Positions 60,716 through 64,000 of a stretch of DNA of 64,000 bases are shown piece after piece. Under the pieces are notes generated by a model. It ran no database searches and was not told the DNA's origin. It saw nothing but the letters and a program-made list of their open reading frames with translations. Source of the stretch: Zancudomyces culisetae HAW-14-8 (taxonomy: Eukaryota; Fungi; Kickxellomycota); assembly GCA_052426225.1 (NCBI GenBank), contig JBNJNM010000013.1, positions 1,426,001 to 1,490,000 of the forward strand. The letters are read 5' to 3'. How positions within the stretch are numbered: the stretch's first letter is position 1; each line of letters begins with the position of its first letter. Both the position numbers and the translations under genes were made by a program.

Positions 60716-62889
60716 CAGTGACTCAAAAATTTGTTCAAATGTTTTTTGTTAGGAATTGTTTTAAAATAAATTAAATAAATTCATGTTTTTTATAATTCTC
60801 CATGACCTAATCAAGTAGGTTACAAAATGAAATTGTAACCATATACAAATTACTATAATGTAACTAAGTACAAATTAATTAAATGTAACTAAGTACAAAT
60901 TATTAAATTAATCTAACCAAGTCAAGTAAAAAATGAATTTCGCGATGAAATTTGTTATAATAATATTCACAGTCCATTTTAGGAAATAAGAAACCTAGAA
61001 AGAATTCCGAAACTAATAATTCAAAGAATCGTCAGAATAACATGAATGACGCAATCATTGACACACTAAACTCACGGTAGTTAATCACATCAGTTACTCA
61101 TAAGTTTAATAGTCAAATTTATAGTTTGATAGCAACTTTACTTAAGAAAATTTTATATGGAAAAATCTCTGGAGTAAAAGTATAAAAACCCTTTCGAAAT
61201 CCATCGAAAGAGAACTTCAGAGAAAAATATCTTATTCACTATTGAATACCATATTTTTCTAAATAATTAATAGTAATAAATAATTTAATCTTAAATATTC
61301 AAGTCTTAACATTTTTGATGTTCATTAAAAATTTATTATATCTCGCGAATACTATATCGTATCACTATAAATTTTACAATCATTATACATCCATATACCG
61401 TGTATAACATATCAAACTTTTAGAATAATTAAACTAGCAATCAACTGTAGTTATCCTTTTTGTATTAATATTTTATTTGAACAATTTATTGCTAATATTA
61501 AAAAAATTTATAAACTTAATTAAACCAATATTTAGTATATCCACTCCTGGCTTTCAATACTGCATTAATTCTTGATGGCATGCAAATGATTAGCGACATA
61601 CACTCGTCACGTGATATAATATTCCACTCGTCTTGTACGCGGTCCCAAAGTTCGTTCATCCCTTTTGTTGCATTTTCGTGATTTGACAGCCGTCTTTTCA
61701 AATTGACCATAGATTTTCAATTGGATTTAGGTCAGGTGACTGTGCTGGCCAGTCAAGCACCTTAATTGAGTTAGTTTGCAACCATTCTTTAGTAATTTTC
61801 GCGGTGTGTTTTGGATCGTTATCATGCTGAAAAATTGTACTTTCCCTGTCTAAGTCGTACCACTCCATTGATTTTACCAGTTCGTCTTCAAGAATATCAC
61901 AGTACAGTTCTGCATTAAGTCAGCAATCAATTTTAGTAAGATATCCTGAGCCTTTTGAAGTCATGCATCCCCATATCATGATTGAACCTCCACCATGTTT
62001 TATAGTTTTTTTAACATGGTTCGGTTTTAAATGGCTACATTGTTTTTTCCAGCACCACATGCGCCCATCTGACCCAAATCTGTTAATTTTTGTCTCGTCA
62101 GACCATATCACACGTTTCCAGTCTTCTACAGTCCAATGCTGATTATATTTAGCAAATGCAAGTCGTTGTTAAATATGGCCTAATTTTAGCATAGGTTTTT
62201 TGACCTTAGGTTTTGCACTTAAACCACTTTTTTACAAGCTATTCCGCACTGTTTGAGGAACCACAGATACGAGGCCATTATCCTTGAGAAATTTTGTAAC
62301 GTCTGTCGCTGTATCAAATTGTCCAGACGTAATTTTCCGAATTATTTTTCGCTCATTAGCTTTTGTCAATTTATTTGGGCTGCCAGGTGATAAATTTTAT
62401 ATTGATAAACGATACTTTTTTTTTATGTTAGATATTGTCCCTTTACTAATAGATAGTTTAGATGCAATTAGGCTATATGAATCCATTATCCTGCAGATTT
62501 ATAACACTCCAAACTTTTCATTATTGAGTTTTTTCAACGTATTTAAAATGATCAAAAATTTATATTTTAATAATATAATGTATTGTGTAGATAATAGCAT
62601 GTTATAACTAGTAACATATAAATTTTTTTAATGATGTCTATCATTATGAAAATATATCACCAATATTGAATATTATATTAGAAACAAAAAATTGTTCAAA
62701 TAAATAATTTTACAAATAGTTTATCTACAGTTGATTGGCTGATTTAGAAATCTAAAAATTTGATAAGTAATACATGGTATATGGATGTATAATAATTGTT
62801 AAATTTATATGGATACGATATAGTATTCGCGAGATATAATAAATTTTTAATGAATATCAAAAACATTTGAACAAATTTTTGAGTCACTG
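60716..62889 (-). mobile_element. Tc1-like transposon family 2 with long (about 200 bp) imperfect TIRs, degraded transposase
   Basis: TA-CAGTGACTCAAAAATTTGTTCAAATG...GAGTCACTG-TA; WSDETK, KHGGGSIMIWG, QHDNDPKH, SPDLNPIE. Confidence 0.92.
60747..61311 (+). mobile_element. Solo LTR (same family as 2365-3009) inserted in the Tc1 TIR
   Basis: TGTTA...TAACA, TSD TTTTT; removing it restores the match to the other TIR. Confidence 0.92.
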
Positions 62890-62891
62890 TA

Positions 62892-64000
62892 TCAATCATT
62901 GAAACAGTTTTTAATCTCACTGTAAATATATTTTATCAGCTTCAGGTACTTGTGTAGTAGATAATTTGATTGTAGTGAAGTTCGGGTGATATCCCATGAG
63001 ACTGTAAAACGGCGATGACTTTGTAGATGAGTGTTTAAAATTATTATACGAAAACTCTGCCATAGGTAATAGCGTGTCCCAATTATCTTGTTGATAAGAG
63101 ATAAAAGCTCTATGGTATTGTTTGAGAGTTTGGTTTGTTCTTTCTGACTGACCGTCAGTTTCTGGATGGAATGCTGAAGAGCGTTTAGATTTTATTTCAG
63201 TAGTTTTAGTAATCTTTGCCAAAACTTTGAAGTAAATTGGCTACCTCGGTCAGTGATTATTTCTTCTGGTAATCCATAGTTAGAGTAAATATGTTTCAGG
63301 AAGATGTCAGCAGTTTGTTGCGCAGTGGGAAGTTTCTTGATAGGCACGAATTTAGCCATCTTTGTAAACCGGTCTACCATTACTAGTATAGTTGTATACC
63401 CGTTGGATGGTGGTAACTCTACAATAAAATCCATTGTAACTGATTTCCACGGACCTGATGGAACTGGTAAAGGTGTTAGTAATCCAAACTTTCTGTGTTG
63501 AGGTATTTTTGTTCTTTTACAGATATCGCATGTTTCTATATATTTCCTTACATAGTTATTCATATCAGGGAACCAAAATGTGCGACGTAACAGGTCTAAA
63601 ATTTTCTTAATTCCATAGTGTCCTGCAGTTGTTGAATCATGGTGCATCTTGATAATATCCAGCCTAGTGCTTTCTGGTAAATATATTCTTTCTTTGTACT
63701 TTATTATTCCATTGTCAATTCGATATATCGGTTGTTTATCATTATTTGATTTGGTTGGCAAATTTATTTTTTTCAGTAACTTAATTGGATATTTGTCTTT
63801 CTTAGACTCGTTTAGGATTTTAGATAATATAGGGTTATGTGGCTGGATAATTGCGTAAAGGAAGTTGGTATTGCGAAAGATGTTTTTAGGTAGTGGAGGA
63901 CCTTGTTGGTATTCAGATCTTCTAGACAGTGCGTCAGGTTTGCCACCCTCAGTTCCCGGTCTGTATGTAATAAGGAAGTTATATCGTGATAGCGTAAGTG
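62892..64000 (-). pseudogene. Ty3/gypsy pol fragment (RNase H end and integrase), frameshifted, continues off the window
   Basis: HDSTTAGHYG, CDIC, SVTMDF, ITDRG, TDGQSERTN (ORFs 63192-63761, 62917-63222). Confidence 0.88.

Overview
AT-rich eukaryotic, most likely fungal, transposon-dense region. I recognised no host protein-coding gene; the only host genes are two minus-strand tRNAs, Trp-CCA with an 8-nt intron (5565-5645) and Pro-TGG (44668-44739). The rest is nested mobile DNA. (i) Chromodomain-bearing Ty3/gypsy elements with self-priming PBSs and, where intact, 5-bp TSDs; two are near full length (13649-19896, 50796-56506) and they insert into other transposons. (ii) A second Ty3/gypsy group without chromodomain, with tRNA-type PBSs and 4-bp TSDs. 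(iii) Four Tc1-like DD34E transposons, a broken L1/Tx1-like LINE and many solo LTRs. The main signal: the apparently featureless AT-rich DNA upstream of each tRNA is an ordered, polar stack of 7-8 LTR-element insertions from different families. Each integrated 2-9 bp from the tRNA 5' end and is separated from the next only by its 4-bp target duplication, giving a tRNA-anchored chronological record of retrotransposition. A third stack (58247-60715) has no anchor tRNA. Many of these LTRs carry a stem/U-rich internal loop/stem motif resembling ENE poly(A) triple-helix elements, and two carry a conserved ORF inside the LTR. All coordinates and alignments were read by eye; no searches were run.
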